Part shown: piece after piece, positions 36,220-48,993 of the stretch
Layout of the letters: the number at the start of each line of letters is the position of its first letter
How positions within the stretch are numbered: the stretch's first letter is position 1
Source of the DNA: Escherichia coli
Lineage (GTDB): Bacteria; Pseudomonadota; Gammaproteobacteria; Enterobacterales; Enterobacteriaceae
NCBI RefSeq assembly: GCF_003790525.1
Contig: NZ_CP033635.1
DNA: 64,000 bases
Reading direction: 5' to 3' (one strand)
Translations under genes and position numbers: made by a program
The notes under the pieces: generated by a model
The model's database searches: none
Seen by the model: only the letters and a program-made list of their open reading frames with translations
Told to the model about the DNA's origin: nothing

Positions 36220-37236
36220 ATGGCCGTTAACTTACTGAAAAAGAACTCACTCGCGCTGGTCGCTTCTCTGCTGCTGGCGGGCCATGTACAGGCAACGGAA
36301 CTGCTGAACAGTTCTTATGACGTCTCCCGCGAGCTGTTTGCCGCCCTGAATCCGCCGTTTGAGCAACAATGGGCAAAAGATAACGGCGGCGACAAACTGA
36401 CGATAAAACAATCTCATGCCGGATCATCAAAACAGGCGCTGGCGATTTTACAGGGCTTAAAAGCCGACGTTGTCACTTATAACCAGGTGACCGACGTACA
36501 AATCCTGCACGATAAAGGCAAGCTGATCCCGGCCGACTGGCAGTCGCGCCTGCCGAATAATAGCTCGCCGTTCTACTCCACCATGGGTTTCCTGGTACGT
36601 AAGGGCAACCCGAAGAATATCCACGACTGGAACGATCTGGTGCGCTCCGACGTGAAGCTGATTTTCCCGAACCCAAAAACCTCCGGTAACGCGCGTTATA
36701 CCTATCTGGCGGCATGGGGCGCAGCGGATAAAGCTGACGGTGGCGACAAAGCCAAAACCGAACAGTTTATGACCCAGTTCCTGAAAAACGTTGAAGTGTT
36801 CGATACTGGCGGTCGTGGCGCGACCACCACTTTTGCCGAGCGCGGCCTGGGCGATGTGCTGATCAGCTTCGAGTCGGAAGTGAACAACATCCGCAAACAG
36901 TATGAAGCGCAGGGCTTTGAAGTGGTGATTCCGAAAACCAATATTCTGGCGGAATTCCCGGTGGCGTGGGTCGATAAAAACGTGCAGGCCAACGGTACGG
37001 AAAAAGCAGCAAAAGCTTACCTGAACTGGCTCTACAGCCCGCAGGCGCAAACCATCATCACCGACTATTACTACCGCGTAAATAACCCGGAGGTGATGGA
37101 CAAACTGAAAGACAAATTCCCGCAGACCGAACTGTTCCGCGTGGAAGACAAATTTGGCTCCTGGCCGGAAGTGATGAAAACCCACTTCACCAGCGGCGGC
37201 GAGTTAGACAAGCTGTTAGCGGCGGGGCGTAACTGA
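36220..37236 (+). CDS. cysP: Thiosulfate-binding periplasmic protein
   Basis: 338-aa ORF with signal peptide; first of the cysPUWAM cluster. Confidence 0.9.
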   Translation: MAVNLLKKNSLALVASLLLAGHVQATELLNSSYDVSRELFAALNPPFEQQWAKDNGGDKLTIKQSHAGSSKQALAILQGLKADVVTYNQVTDVQILHDKGKLIPADWQSRLPNNSSPFYSTMGFLVRKGNPKNIHDWNDLVRSDVKLIFPNPKTSGNARYTYLAAWGAADKADGGDKAKTEQFMTQFLKNVEVFDTGGRGATTTFAERGLGDVLISFESEVNNIRKQYEAQGFEVVIPKTNILAEFPVAWVDKNVQANGTEKAAKAYLNWLYSPQAQTIITDYYYRVNNPEVMDKLKDKFPQTELFRVEDKFGSWPEVMKTHFTSGGELDKLLAAGRN

Positions 37237-38069
37237 TGTTTGCAGTTTCATCAAGACGCGTGCTGCCGGGCTTTACCTTAAGCCTCGGCACCAGTCTGCT
37301 GTTTGTTTGCCTGATTTTGCTGCTGCCGCTCTCCGCGCTGGTGATGCAGCTCTCTGAGATGAGCTGGGCGCAGTACTGGGAGGTGATCACCAACCCGCAG
37401 GTGGTCGCAGCCTATAAAGTGACGCTGCTGTCGGCGTTTGTCGCGTCGATTTTTAACGGCGTTTTCGGTCTGCTGATGGCGTGGATCTTAACCCGCTATC
37501 GCTTTCCGGGCCGCACGCTGCTTGATGCGCTGATGGATTTACCCTTTGCGCTGCCAACGGCAGTCGCCGGTTTAACGCTGGCCTCGCTCTTTTCCGTGAA
37601 CGGTTTTTACGGTGAATGGCTGGCGAAGTTTGATATCAAAGTCACCTATACCTGGCTGGGGATCGCGGTGGCGATGGCCTTTACCAGCATTCCGTTTGTG
37701 GTGCGTACCGTGCAGCCGGTGCTGGAAGAGTTAGGCCCGGAATATGAAGAAGCGGCGGAAACGCTTGGCGCAACGCGCTGGCAGAGTTTCTGCAAAGTGG
37801 TGCTGCCGGAACTTTCTCCGGCGCTGGTGGCGGGCGTGGCGCTGTCGTTTACCCGTAGTCTTGGTGAATTTGGCGCGGTGATTTTCATCGCCGGGAACAT
37901 TGCCTGGAAGACGGAAGTGACGTCGCTGATGATTTTTGTTCGCTTACAGGAGTTTGATTACCCGGCGGCGAGCGCGATTGCTTCGGTGATCCTCGCGGCA
38001 TCCCTGTTGCTGCTGTTCTCAATTAACACTCTGCAAAGTCGCTTTGGTCGGCGTGTGGTAGGTCATTAA
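37236..38069 (+). CDS. cysU: Sulfate/thiosulfate ABC permease CysU (CysT)
   Basis: 277-aa membrane ORF; start overlaps cysP stop. Confidence 0.9.
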   Translation: MFAVSSRRVLPGFTLSLGTSLLFVCLILLLPLSALVMQLSEMSWAQYWEVITNPQVVAAYKVTLLSAFVASIFNGVFGLLMAWILTRYRFPGRTLLDALMDLPFALPTAVAGLTLASLFSVNGFYGEWLAKFDIKVTYTWLGIAVAMAFTSIPFVVRTVQPVLEELGPEYEEAAETLGATRWQSFCKVVLPELSPALVAGVALSFTRSLGEFGAVIFIAGNIAWKTEVTSLMIFVRLQEFDYPAASAIASVILAASLLLLFSINTLQSRFGRRVVGH

Positions 38070-38944
38070 TGGCGGAAGTGACACAATTGAAGCGTTATGA
38101 CGCGCGCCCGATTAACTGGGGCAAATGGTTTCTGATTGGCATCGGGATGCTGGTTTCGGCGTTCATCCTGCTGGTGCCGATGATTTACATCTTCGTGCAG
38201 GCGTTCAGCAAAGGGCTGATGCCGGTTTTACAGAATCTGGCCGATCCGGACATGCTGCACGCCATCTGGCTGACGGTGATGATTGCGCTGATTGCCGTGC
38301 CGGTGAACCTGGTGTTCGGCATTCTGCTGGCCTGGCTGGTGACGCGCTTTAACTTCCCCGGACGCCAGTTGCTGCTGACGCTGCTGGACATTCCGTTTGC
38401 CGTGTCGCCGGTGGTTGCCGGTCTGGTGTATCTGCTGTTTTACGGCTCTAACGGCCCGCTCGGTGGCTGGCTGGATGAACATAATCTGCAAATTATGTTC
38501 TCCTGGCCGGGAATGGTGCTGGTCACCATCTTCGTGACCTGTCCGTTTGTGGTGCGCGAGCTGGTGCCGGTAATGTTAAGCCAGGGCAGCCAGGAAGACG
38601 AAACAGCGATTTTGCTGGGCGCATCTGGCTGGCAGATGTTCCGTCGCGTCACGCTGCCGAACATCCGCTGGGCGCTGCTTTATGGCGTGGTGCTGACCAA
38701 CGCCCGCGCGATTGGCGAGTTTGGTGCGGTGTCGGTAGTTTCCGGCTCGATTCGCGGCGAAACACTTTCGCTGCCGTTACAGATTGAATTGCTGGAGCAG
38801 GACTACAACACCGTCGGCTCCTTTACCGCTGCCGCGTTGTTGACGCTGATGGCGATTATCACCCTGTTTTTAAAGAGTATGTTGCAGTGGCGTCTGGAGA
38901 ATCAGGAAAAACGCGCGCAGCAGGAGGAACATCATGAGCATTGA
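38069..38944 (+). CDS. cysW: Sulfate/thiosulfate ABC permease CysW
   Basis: 291-aa membrane ORF; start overlaps cysU stop. Confidence 0.9.
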   Translation: MAEVTQLKRYDARPINWGKWFLIGIGMLVSAFILLVPMIYIFVQAFSKGLMPVLQNLADPDMLHAIWLTVMIALIAVPVNLVFGILLAWLVTRFNFPGRQLLLTLLDIPFAVSPVVAGLVYLLFYGSNGPLGGWLDEHNLQIMFSWPGMVLVTIFVTCPFVVRELVPVMLSQGSQEDETAILLGASGWQMFRRVTLPNIRWALLYGVVLTNARAIGEFGAVSVVSGSIRGETLSLPLQIELLEQDYNTVGSFTAAALLTLMAIITLFLKSMLQWRLENQEKRAQQEEHHEH

Positions 38945-40031
38945 GATTGCCAATATTAAGAAGTCTTTTGGTCGCACCCAGGTGCTGAACGATATCTCAC
39001 TGGATATTCCTTCTGGTCAGATGGTCGCGTTGCTGGGGCCGTCCGGTTCCGGGAAAACCACGCTGCTGCGGATTATCGCCGGGCTGGAGCATCAAACCAG
39101 CGGGCATATTCGCTTCCACGGCACCGACGTTAGCCGCCTGCATGCGCGCGACCGTAAAGTCGGTTTCGTGTTCCAGCATTACGCGTTGTTCCGCCATATG
39201 ACGGTATTCGACAATATCGCTTTTGGCCTGACGGTGCTACCGCGTCGCGAGCGCCCGAATGCGGCGGCGATCAAAGCGAAAGTGACAAAATTGCTGGAGA
39301 TGGTGCAGCTTGCCCATCTGGCAGACCGCTATCCTGCGCAGCTTTCCGGCGGCCAGAAACAGCGTGTGGCGCTGGCGCGCGCGCTGGCTGTAGAACCGCA
39401 AATTCTGCTGCTTGATGAACCGTTTGGCGCGCTGGATGCGCAGGTGCGTAAAGAGTTGCGTCGCTGGCTGCGTCAGTTACATGAAGAGCTGAAATTCACC
39501 AGCGTGTTTGTGACCCATGACCAGGAAGAAGCGACCGAAGTAGCCGATCGTGTAGTGGTGATGAGCCAGGGCAATATCGAGCAGGCTGATGCACCGGACC
39601 AGGTCTGGCGCGAACCAGCGACCCGTTTTGTACTCGAATTTATGGGCGAAGTTAACCGCCTGCAGGGAACCATTCGCGGCGGGCAGTTCCATGTTGGCGC
39701 ACATCGCTGGCCGCTGGGCTATACACCTGCGTATCAGGGGCCAGTGGATCTCTTCCTGCGTCCGTGGGAAGTGGATATCAGCCGCCGTACCAGCCTCGAT
39801 TCGCCGCTGCCGGTACAGGTACTGGAAGCCAGCCCGAAAGGCCACTACACCCAATTAGTCGTGCAGCCGCTGGGGTGGTACAACGAAGCGCTGACGGTCG
39901 TGATGCACGGCGACGACGCCCCGCAACGTGGCGAGCGTTTATTCGTTGGTCTGCAACATGCGCGGCTGTATAACGGCGACGAGCGTATTGAAACCCGCGA
40001 TGAGGAACTTGCTCTCGCACAAAGCGCCTGA
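38934..40031 (+). CDS. cysA: Sulfate/thiosulfate ABC transporter ATPase
   Basis: 365-aa ORF with Walker [10 protein letters not shown] and ABC signature [14 protein letters not shown]. Confidence 0.92.
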   Translation: MSIEIANIKKSFGRTQVLNDISLDIPSGQMVALLGPSGSGKTTLLRIIAGLEHQTSGHIRFHGTDVSRLHARDRKVGFVFQHYALFRHMTVFDNIAFGLTVLPRRERPNAAAIKAKVTKLLEMVQLAHLADRYPAQLSGGQKQRVALARALAVEPQILLLDEPFGALDAQVRKELRRWLRQLHEELKFTSVFVTHDQEEATEVADRVVVMSQGNIEQADAPDQVWREPATRFVLEFMGEVNRLQGTIRGGQFHVGAHRWPLGYTPAYQGPVDLFLRPWEVDISRRTSLDSPLPVQVLEASPKGHYTQLVVQPLGWYNEALTVVMHGDDAPQRGERLFVGLQHARLYNGDERIETRDEELALAQSA

Positions 40032-40052
40032 TAGGTTGAGTGAATGTTAAAC

Positions 40053-40085
40053 GCCCGGAGGCGCTTCCCGCGATCCGGGCTTTTT
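40053..40085 (+). terminator. Putative terminator/attenuator after cysA
   Basis: Stem gcccgga / tccgggc followed by tttt. Confidence 0.4.
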
Positions 40086-40104
40086 AATGGCAAGGTTTGT
40101 AACC

Positions 40105-40140
40105 TGTAGGTCTGATAAGACGCGCAAGCGTCGCATCAGG
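40105..40140. repeat. REP (repetitive extragenic palindromic) element
   Basis: gtaggtctgataagacgcgcaagcgtcgcatcaggc matches the REP pattern (gataag...cgcatc...ggc). Confidence 0.6.
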
Positions 40141-40164
40141 CAACACCACGTATGGACAGAGATC

Positions 40165-41076
40165 GTGAGTACATTAGAACAAACAATTGGCAATACGCCT
40201 CTGGTGAAGTTGCAGCGAATGGGGCCGAATAACGGCAGTGAAGTCTGGTTGAAACTGGAAGGCAATAACCCGGCAGGTTCGGTAAAAGATCGTGCGGCAC
40301 TTTCGATGATCGTCGAGGCGGAAAAGCGCGGCGAGATTAAACCGGGTGATGTGTTGATCGAAGCCACCAGTGGTAACACCGGCATTGCGCTGGCAATGAT
40401 TGCCGCGCTTAAAGGCTATCGCATGAAATTGCTGATGCCCGACAACATGAGCCAGGAACGCCGTGCGGCAATGCGTGCCTACGGTGCGGAACTGATTCTG
40501 GTCACCAAAGAGCAGGGCATGGAAGGTGCGCGCGATCTGGCGCTGGAGATGGCCAATCGTGGTGAAGGAAAGCTGCTCGATCAGTTCAATAATCCTGATA
40601 ATCCCTTCGCCCATTACACCACCACCGGGCCGGAAATCTGGCAGCAGACTGGCGGGCGCATTACCCATTTTGTCTCCAGCATGGGAACAACCGGCACTAT
40701 CACCGGCGTTTCACGCTTTATGCGCGAACAATCCAAACCGGTGACCATTGTTGGCCTGCAGCCGGAAGAAGGCAGCAGTATTCCGGGCATTCGCCGCTGG
40801 CCTGCGGAATATCTGCCGGGGATTTTCAACGCTTCGCTGGTGGATGAGGTGCTGGATATTCATCAGCGCGATGCGGAAAACACCATGCGCGAACTGGCAG
40901 TGCGGGAAGGAATATTCTGTGGCGTCAGCTCCGGCGGCGCGGTTGCCGGAGCACTGCGGGTGGCAAAAGCTAACCCCGGCGCGGTGGTTGTGGCGATCAT
41001 CTGCGATCGCGGCGATCGTTACCTTTCTACCGGGGTGTTTGGGGAAGAGCATTTTAGCCAGGGGGCGGGGATTTAA
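40165..41076 (+). CDS. cysM: Cysteine synthase B (O-acetylserine sulfhydrylase B)
   Basis: ORF trimmed to GTG 40165 (STLEQTIGNTPLVKLQRMGP); PLP-enzyme sequence. Confidence 0.88.
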   Translation: MSTLEQTIGNTPLVKLQRMGPNNGSEVWLKLEGNNPAGSVKDRAALSMIVEAEKRGEIKPGDVLIEATSGNTGIALAMIAALKGYRMKLLMPDNMSQERRAAMRAYGAELILVTKEQGMEGARDLALEMANRGEGKLLDQFNNPDNPFAHYTTTGPEIWQQTGGRITHFVSSMGTTGTITGVSRFMREQSKPVTIVGLQPEEGSSIPGIRRWPAEYLPGIFNASLVDEVLDIHQRDAENTMRELAVREGIFCGVSSGGAVAGALRVAKANPGAVVVAIICDRGDRYLSTGVFGEEHFSQGAGI

Positions 41077-41078
41077 GA

Positions 41079-41538
<460 letters not shown>

Positions 41539-41551
41539 GAGAAAAAATTAA

Positions 41552-42403
41552 ATGAGTAGTTTGTTGTTGTTTAACGATAAGAGCAGGGCACTGCAGGCGG
41601 ATATCGTTGCCGTGCAGTCGCAGGTAGTGTACGGCAGCGTAGGCAACAGCATTGCGGTGCCTGCTATCAAACAGAACGGCCTGAATGTCTTTGCCGTGCC
41701 GACGGTATTGCTGAGCAATACGCCGCATTATGACACTTTCTACGGTGGTGCGATTCCGGATGAATGGTTTAGCGGTTATTTGCGTGCGCTTCAGGAGCGT
41801 GATGCGCTGCGCCAACTTCGTGCTGTAACCACGGGCTATATGGGAACGGCATCGCAAATCAAAATCCTTGCCGAGTGGCTGACTGCGCTACGCAAAGACC
41901 ATTCTGACTTATTGATTATGGTCGATCCGGTGATCGGCGATATTGATAGCGGAATTTATGTCAAACCTGACCTTCCCGAAGCGTATCGACAATATTTACT
42001 GCCGCTGGCGCAGGGAATTACCCCCAATATCTTTGAGCTGGAAATCCTGACCGGTAAAAATTGCCGCGATCTCGACAGTGCCATTGCTGCCGCAAAAAGT
42101 CTGCTTTCAGACACATTAAAATGGGTGGTGATTACCAGCGCCTCCGGTAATGAAGAAAATCAGGAGATGCAGGTGGTGGTGGTCAGTGCCGACAGCGTGA
42201 ATGTCATTTCCCATTCACGGGTTAAAACTGACCTGAAAGGGACTGGCGACCTGTTTTGTGCTCAGCTTATCAGTGGTTTGCTGAAAGGGGAGGCGTTAAC
42301 CGATGCGGTGCACCGCGCGGGGTTGCGCGTACTGGAAGTGATGCGCTATACCCAGCAGCATGAGAGCGATGAATTGATTTTGCCGCCGCTGGCGGAAGCA
42401 TAA
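41552..42403 (+). CDS. pdxK: Pyridoxal/pyridoxine/pyridoxamine kinase
   Basis: 283-aa ORF, ribokinase-like PdxK sequence. Confidence 0.9.
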
Positions 42404-42411
42404 AAAAATGG

Positions 42412-42423
42412 CGCCGATGGGCG
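42412..42423. repeat. IS4 target-site duplication, left copy (cgccgatgggcg)
   Basis: Identical 12-mer directly flanks the other IS4 end at 43850-43861. Confidence 0.85.
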
Positions 42424-43849
42424 TAATGCCAGTCAGTTAAGCAACTGACTGGCTCTTTTTCGGGGCTGTGGGGTATTTCCAGGGCCTCTCCTTTACCACT
42501 CTCGGGAAGGCCCTTTCCCTTCTTGTCGGTAATTTCACAAGTTGTCCCATACTTGCAAGATCGCGCATCAGCTCCGGTATACGTCCCGGTGAAGCGCCCT
42601 GCAATGTCATCAGCATTCTCATCACCATTCCACATGATTCTGAGAAACTCAGTTGATTCGGCCAGTAACCTTTCAGATGTTCCGCCATTTTAATCATCTG
42701 ATATCTCACCAGATTATAAGCCAGTAAGACACCCCACAGCTCTTGCTCCACAAGCTCCGGTTTTTTACTTCTCAGCGTCAGCCTGCTCAGTTGCATCGTC
42801 TGTTTTATCTCCCTGTATCCCAGTTCGATTTCCCAGCGATGACTGTACAGATCCGCCATTTCTCCTCCGGGGAAGCGCATGGCGTCCGTCATCGACGTCA
42901 GCAGATGGCAGACTTTTCCTTTGCGCGTCACGGTCAGCAGGCGGGCTGTCACTTCATTTCCCAGTCCCGGCCACTTTTTTCGTGCCTGCGGGCTGGTTTT
43001 CAGCTTCACCAGATGATCGCCTTTACCCAGTTTTCTGATCTCTTCATATTGCGCTCCCTTTCTGAGAGGTATCATCCAGTGGCGGTGTTCTCCCGCCAGG
43101 CTCCAGGCATTTAACAGTCCCAGTGAGTAATAACCTTTATCCATTAACGTCAGAGTGTTATCGCCGGTTTGTTCTATAAGTTGCTCAGCAAGCTCATTTT
43201 CGCTGTTCTTCATCGTGCCGAAGGCTGCAGCCGTCAGCAGATGGCTGGTCAGTTCCATCTGGCAGACCATTTTGACCTGCGGGTAGAGCGCCGGGTTCCC
43301 GGCATGTGTCTGGCGGGGGAAGGCTGCATCGTTCTCTGGTGTATCCGGTGTGCGCCAGAACACACCATCGATGGCCAGCAGGGTCAGGCCGCACCAGTGC
43401 GGATGCGGCGTGGCGTTATGCCAGAGCTGCGCTGTTTTCGTGAACACGCGGCGGACAGCCTCACTTCCCAGGCGCTGGCGGGCCTGAATAACGGCACTGG
43501 GGGCAACGAAGGGGCGATTGCCCGGCAGCATGATGTCCAGGCGATTCACAATCTGGTGAAGAGGTTCTTTACGCTCAAGCGCCATGCCAACAATACACCA
43601 GACCATCATTTCGAGGGGAAGACGGCGCTTGCGTAGCGTTACAGTACCTGATTCGGCAAGGCAACGAGAGATGAGTTCGGGGTCGAGGTAATCCCCCAGA
43701 GAAGTCAGTGGGTTACGCAGAGAATCGTAACGGGATACCAGATCAAGAGCCTGTCCAATGTGCATAAAAAAATCCGGAAACAAGTGAGCGTTTCCGGATT
43801 CTTACACAGCCACTGGATCGGTCAACTGATCCTTAACTGATCGGCATTA
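42424..43849 (-). mobile_element. Insertion sequence IS4 (1426 bp), intact
   Basis: Terminal 18-bp inverted repeats taatgccagtcagttaag / cttaactgatcggcatta (16 of 18 match), single transposase ORF, 12-bp direct repeats. Confidence 0.92.
42437..43765 (-). CDS. insG: IS4 transposase (DDE family)
   Basis: 442-aa ORF from ATG 43763-43765 ([16 protein letters not shown]) inside the IS4 inverted repeats. Confidence 0.9.
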   Translation of the reverse strand: MHIGQALDLVSRYDSLRNPLTSLGDYLDPELISRCLAESGTVTLRKRRLPLEMMVWCIVGMALERKEPLHQIVNRLDIMLPGNRPFVAPSAVIQARQRLGSEAVRRVFTKTAQLWHNATPHPHWCGLTLLAIDGVFWRTPDTPENDAAFPRQTHAGNPALYPQVKMVCQMELTSHLLTAAAFGTMKNSENELAEQLIEQTGDNTLTLMDKGYYSLGLLNAWSLAGEHRHWMIPLRKGAQYEEIRKLGKGDHLVKLKTSPQARKKWPGLGNEVTARLLTVTRKGKVCHLLTSMTDAMRFPGGEMADLYSHRWEIELGYREIKQTMQLSRLTLRSKKPELVEQELWGVLLAYNLVRYQMIKMAEHLKGYWPNQLSFSESCGMVMRMLMTLQGASPGRIPELMRDLASMGQLVKLPTRRERAFPRVVKERPWKYPTAPKKSQSVA

Positions 43850-43861
43850 CGCCGATGGGCG
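43850..43861. repeat. IS4 target-site duplication, right copy (cgccgatgggcg)
   Basis: Identical to 42412-42423. Confidence 0.85.
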
Positions 43862-43883
43862 CCATTTTTCACTGCGGCAAGAA

Positions 43884-44393
43884 TTACTTCTTGATGCGGA
43901 TAACCGGGGTTTCACCCACAGTCACGCTACCGGACAGTTTGATCAGTTCTTTGATTTCGTCCATGTTGGAGATAACAACCGGAGTCAGGGTAGACTTGGC
44001 TTTCTCTTCCAGCAGCGGCAGATCGAATTCAATCACGGTATCGCCAACTTTCACGCGCTGACCTTCTTCAGCAATACGCTTGAAGCCTTCGCCTTTCAGT
44101 TCAACGGTGTCGATACCGAAGTGGACGAACAGTTCAACGCCGCTATCAGATTCGATAGAGAACGCGTGGTTGGTTTCAAAGATTTTACCAATGGTGCCGT
44201 CTACAGGCGCGACCATTTTGTTACCCGTTGGTTTGATAGCAATGCCATCACCAACGATTTTTTCCGCAAAAACGACATCCGGCACGTCTTCGATATTGAC
44301 GATCTCGCCAGAGAGCGGAGCAATGATCTCAATAGTTCCGGTATCCTTCTTGTCGTCGGAAACCAGAGATTTCAGTTTATCGAACAAACCCAT
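43884..44393 (-). CDS. crr: PTS glucose-specific EIIA component
   Basis: 169-aa ORF ([39 protein letters not shown]). Confidence 0.95.
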
Positions 44394-44433
44394 GATCTTC
44401 TCCTAAGCAGTAAATTGGGCCGCATCTCGTGGA

Positions 44434-46161
44434 TTAGCAGATTGTTTTTTCTTCAATGAACTTGTTAACCAGCGTCATTAACTCGTCCGTTGTCGGTTGA
44501 GCAAGAGCCTGCTCTGCTAACACCTTCGCATCTTCGAAGTTCGTGTTACGGATAATCTTCTTAATGCGCGGGATAGAAATGGCGCTCATAGAGAATTCGT
44601 CCAGACCCATCCCCAGCAACAGAAGTGTAGCACGTTCATCGCCAGCAAGCTCACCACACATGCCAGTCCATTTGCCTTCAGCATGAGAAGCATCAATAAC
44701 TTGCTTGATCAAGTTCAGCACGGACGGTGACATTGGCTGGTAAAGGTGTGAAATCATATCATTACCACGGTCAACTGCCAGAGTGTACTGCGTTAAATCA
44801 TTGGTGCCGATACTAAAGAAATCAACTTCTTTGGCTAAATGACGTGCAATTGTTGCGGCAGCCGGTGTTTCCACCATTACGCCGATTTCAATTGACTCGT
44901 CAAACGCTTTACCTTCGTCGCGCAGTTCCTGTTTGTAGATTTCGATCTCTTTGCGCAGTGCACGCACTTCTTCAACAGAGATGATCATCGGGAACATAAT
45001 GCGCAATTTACCGAAAGCCGAGGCACGCAGGATAGCGCGGAGCTGATCGCGCAGGATCTCTTTACGATCCATCGCGATACGGATAGCGCGCCAGCCGAGG
45101 AACGGGTTCTCTTCTTTCGGGAAGTTCATGTATGGCAGCTCTTTGTCGCCGCCGATGTCCATGGTACGAACGATAACCGCCTGCGAGCCACACGCTTCAG
45201 CCACTGCTTTGTAAGCAGCAAACTGTTCTTCTTCAGTGGGCAGCGCGTCGCGGTCCATGAACAGGAACTCAGTACGATACAGACCAACGCCTTCAGCGCC
45301 GTTACGCTCTGCACCTTCAACGTCACGAACCGTACCAATGTTAGCGCACACTTCTACCTGGTGACCGTCCAGCGTAATAGCTGGCAGATCTTTCAGTTTA
45401 GCAAGCTCTGCTTTTTCAGAAGCCACTTGCTCCTGAACAGCGCGCATTTTATCAATAACTTCGTTGGTTGGATTGACGTAAACCTGATTATTTACGGCAT
45501 CCAGAATCAGATAGTCGTCATTTTTCACCTGAGAGGTGACGCTACCGGTACCCACGATAGCAGGCAGTTCCAGAGAACGCGCCATGATAGAGGTGTGGGA
45601 AGTACGGCCACCCGCGTCGGTGATGAAACCCAGCACCTTCTTCAGGTTCAGCTGTGCGGTTTCGGACGGCGTCAGGTCAGCGGCAACCAGAATGACTTCA
45701 TCCTGAATGGCGCTCAGGTCGATAATCTTCAGGCCCAGGATGTTGCGCAGCAGGCGCTTACCGATATCACGTACGTCAGCCGCACGTTCTTTCAGGTATT
45801 CATCATCCAGCTCTTCCAGGGCAGAAGCCTGACCTTCGATAACTTCATGAGCAGCTGCGTCAGCTGTCATGTGCTTATCTTTAATCAGGGCTATGATTTC
45901 CTGCTCCAGCTCCTCATCTTCGAGCAGCATAATATGCCCTTCAAAGATGGCTTCTTTTTCTTCACCGAACGTTTCACCAGCTTTCGTTTTGATCGTTTCC
46001 AGCTGGGCTGATGCCTTGGCACGACCGCTCAGAAAACGTTCAACTTCCTGATCAACCTGGTCGGCAGAAATTTTTTTCCGGTCAATGACAATTTCGTCTT
46101 CTTTCAGAAGCAGAGCTTTACCGAAAGCGATACCCGGGGATGCTAAAATGCCTGAAATCAT
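44434..46161 (-). CDS. ptsI: PTS enzyme I
   Basis: 575-aa ORF ([19 protein letters not shown]). Confidence 0.95.
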   Translation of the reverse strand: MISGILASPGIAFGKALLLKEDEIVIDRKKISADQVDQEVERFLSGRAKASAQLETIKTKAGETFGEEKEAIFEGHIMLLEDEELEQEIIALIKDKHMTADAAAHEVIEGQASALEELDDEYLKERAADVRDIGKRLLRNILGLKIIDLSAIQDEVILVAADLTPSETAQLNLKKVLGFITDAGGRTSHTSIMARSLELPAIVGTGSVTSQVKNDDYLILDAVNNQVYVNPTNEVIDKMRAVQEQVASEKAELAKLKDLPAITLDGHQVEVCANIGTVRDVEGAERNGAEGVGLYRTEFLFMDRDALPTEEEQFAAYKAVAEACGSQAVIVRTMDIGGDKELPYMNFPKEENPFLGWRAIRIAMDRKEILRDQLRAILRASAFGKLRIMFPMIISVEEVRALRKEIEIYKQELRDEGKAFDESIEIGVMVETPAAATIARHLAKEVDFFSIGTNDLTQYTLAVDRGNDMISHLYQPMSPSVLNLIKQVIDASHAEGKWTGMCGELAGDERATLLLLGMGLDEFSMSAISIPRIKKIIRNTNFEDAKVLAEQALAQPTTDELMTLVNKFIEEKTIC

Positions 46162-46205
46162 AACCCTACCTTACTTGTGACTGATTTTTAAAAGAACCCG
46201 GGAAA

Positions 46206-46463
46206 TTACTCGAGTTCCGCCATCAGTTTAACCAGATGTTCAACCGCTTTCTGCTCGTCTTCGCCTTCTGCGGAGATAGTCACAACGGTACCTTGAGTCA
46301 GGCCCAGAGTCTGCAGTTTAAACAGGCTTTTCGCGCTGGCGCTTTTGCCGTTGGAAGTCACAGTAATTTCAGAAGTGAAGCCCTTAGCTTCTTTTACAAA
46401 CTGGGCAGCAGGGCGGGTGTGCAGACCGTTCGGAGCGGTAATGGTAACTTCTTGCTGGAACAT
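46206..46463 (-). CDS. ptsH: Phosphocarrier protein HPr
   Basis: 85-aa ORF ([29 protein letters not shown]). Confidence 0.95.
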
Positions 46464-46796
46464 TGTATTTCCCCAACTTATAGGTTTAGTGTTGTGGAAC
46501 TAAAGTCTAGCCTGGCGGTTCGACTTTAGCCTGTATTGTTAGCGCCAGTTTTTAACAGACGCGACGCACGAAGAGCGCAATACAGTCCATTGCTGGCGGG
46601 TGTTGACCGCTGACGTTTCGTACGTCATTAAACATTATGCCGCTAAAGGAAGAATTGAACCAAATCATAAAATCGATTCAGCTTTGGCTTTTCCTGTAAC
46701 GATTAATTTCGCGCATCAAAATAATTAGTCTGGTTAAATACCAGTTCCGACAGGCTGAATCAATGCCAGGAGGGGCGAAAGTTTGAAGCAGGCCAC

Positions 46797-46824
46797 AAAA
46801 AAGCACCTGAAAAGGTGCTTTTTT
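46797..46824 (-). terminator. Rho-independent terminator downstream of cysK
   Basis: Hairpin agcacc / ggtgct flanked by A-run and T-run (works on either strand). Confidence 0.6.
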
Positions 46825-46846
46825 ACGCATTTTTAACAAGCTGGCA

Positions 46847-47818
46847 TTACTGTTGCAGTTCTTTCTCAGTGAAGAGATCGGCAAACAATGCGGTGCTTAA
46901 ATAACGCTCACCCGATGATGGTAGAATAACCACAATATTCTTGTTGGTAAAGCTTTCATCTTCTTGTAGTTTCAACGCCGCGGCAACAGCTGCTCCAGAA
47001 GAGATACCAGCAAGAATACCTTCTTCTTCCATCAGACGACGTGCGGTAGAAATGGCTTCTTCATTGGTGATGCCAATGACTTTGTCGACCAGCTTGAGAT
47101 CGAGGTTAGCCGGGATAAAACCAGCGCCAATACCCTGAATTTTATGCGGGCCAGGTTTAATCTCTTCACCTGCCAGCGCCTGGGCGATAACTGGAGAATC
47201 GGTTGGCTCAACGGCGACAGAGATAAGATCGGTCTTGCCTTTGGTGCCTTTAATGTAGCGGCTGACGCCAGTCAGCGTACCGCCAGTCCCAACGCCAGCA
47301 ATAAATACATCAACCTGACCGTCGGTATCTTCCCAGATCTCCGGACCGGTGGTTTTTTCGTGAATTTCAGGGTTTGCCGGATTGCTGAATTGTTGCAGCA
47401 GCAGGTATTTCTCTGGATTGCTGGCGACAATTTCTTCTGCTTTTTGGATTGCGCCTTTCATGCCTTTAGCACCTTCGGTCAGCACCAGGTTTGCACCTAA
47501 CGCTTTCAGCAGCTTGCGGCGTTCAATACTCATGGTTTCTGGCATGGTCAGGGTAAGTTTGTAACCGCGAGCGGCAGCGACATAGGCCAGTGCAATCCCG
47601 GTATTACCGCTGGTTGGTTCAACCAGTTCAACGCCTGGTTTCAGCACGCCGCGCTTTTCGGCATCCCAAATCATGTTGGCACCGATACGGCACTTAACGC
47701 TGAAGCTGGGGTTACGAGATTCCACCTTCGCCAGAATGCGTCCGTTACCGATGCGATTCAGGCGAACCAGCGGTGTGTGACCGATAGTCAGCGAGTTATC
47801 TTCAAAAATCTTACTCAT
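46847..47818 (-). CDS. cysK: Cysteine synthase A (O-acetylserine sulfhydrylase A)
   Basis: 323-aa ORF ([42 protein letters not shown]). Confidence 0.95.
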   Translation of the reverse strand: MSKIFEDNSLTIGHTPLVRLNRIGNGRILAKVESRNPSFSVKCRIGANMIWDAEKRGVLKPGVELVEPTSGNTGIALAYVAAARGYKLTLTMPETMSIERRKLLKALGANLVLTEGAKGMKGAIQKAEEIVASNPEKYLLLQQFSNPANPEIHEKTTGPEIWEDTDGQVDVFIAGVGTGGTLTGVSRYIKGTKGKTDLISVAVEPTDSPVIAQALAGEEIKPGPHKIQGIGAGFIPANLDLKLVDKVIGITNEEAISTARRLMEEEGILAGISSGAAVAAALKLQEDESFTNKNIVVILPSSGERYLSTALFADLFTEKELQQ

Positions 47819-48002
47819 GGCCTGTCCTTAACTGTATGAAATTGGGATACAACAGGTAGCATACCCGCTCAGAGAATATGCGGAAGTAAGGATTTAGCAT
47901 ATCTATATGCAGAAGGGAAATAATGACATGCAAGATGGAATAAGGGGCGGCATAAGCCACCCCTGTTTCATACAAACGGTTTACAAAATAACCGGTAGAT
48001 TG

Positions 48003-48764
48003 TTACCGCCACATGGCGTGTTTATCGCGATAGCAATCGACCCACATCGCCGTCGCGCCACAAACGGCAACGGGCATAATGAACAGATTAAGCAGCGGGA
48101 TCATCGTAAACAGGCTGGTTAAAGCACCAAACTGCATATTGGTGATTTTGCGTGTGCGCAGGGCGGTGCGCATCTCTTTAAACGGCACTTTGTGGTTATC
48201 GAAGGGGTAATCGCAATACTGGATGGCTAACATCCAGGCGCTAAACAGGAACCATAGTACCGGCGCGACGGTTTGCCCAATACCAGGGATGAAGTAAAGA
48301 ATTAGCAATACAATTGCGCGCGGCAGATACCAGGCAAATTTTTGCCATTCGCGTTTCATGATTCGCGGCACATCTTTCATGATACCGAAAATCCCGGTAT
48401 CTGGCGGTGTAGCGCCAGTCAATCTTGCTTCCAGTTGTTCAGCCAATAAACCGTTGAACGGAGCGGCAATCCAGTTAGCAATCGTTGAGAAGAAATAGCC
48501 AAACACTAACAGCACGGAGATGACTGCCAGAGGCCACAACAGATAGCTCAGCCATTGTAACCAGTCCGGAACATAACTCATGAGCGTCGGGATCCAGACA
48601 TCGAGCTGCGTAAATAGCCACCAGAATGCGCCCCCCATCAACAAAATATTGACCAGCAGCGGTAAAATAACGAAACGCCGAATCCCAGGTTGCGAGACGA
48701 GCTTCCAGCCTTGCGCAAAATAGTAAAAACCGCTGCGTGGGGCAGATGTGAATGATGAAACCAT
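48003..48764 (-). CDS. cysZ: Sulfate transporter CysZ
   Basis: 253-aa membrane ORF upstream of cysK. Confidence 0.9.
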
Positions 48765-48993
48765 AATCAGGATGAGCTCCTTTTGACCAATCCCAGGAAA
48801 ATTCTGCGTATTTTACCGGGTAATTGCGCAATGGACAGTTAGGATATGTTCGAAAAAACAGCAAAAAGCACGATTTCATCTATCTTTGTGCTGTGAAAGT
48901 TAATAGTGCACTTGCACTTGAGGTAATCGGCAAATACTCTTAGTGAGTAAATGTTTGCCGTGGTGGCAAGGTGTTAGAACAACAGAGAATATA

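Noticed and set aside
46678-46884. 68-aa minus-strand ORF overlapping the cysK 3' end and terminator
   Set aside because: Overlaps the cysK stop and its terminator hairpin; low-complexity translation.
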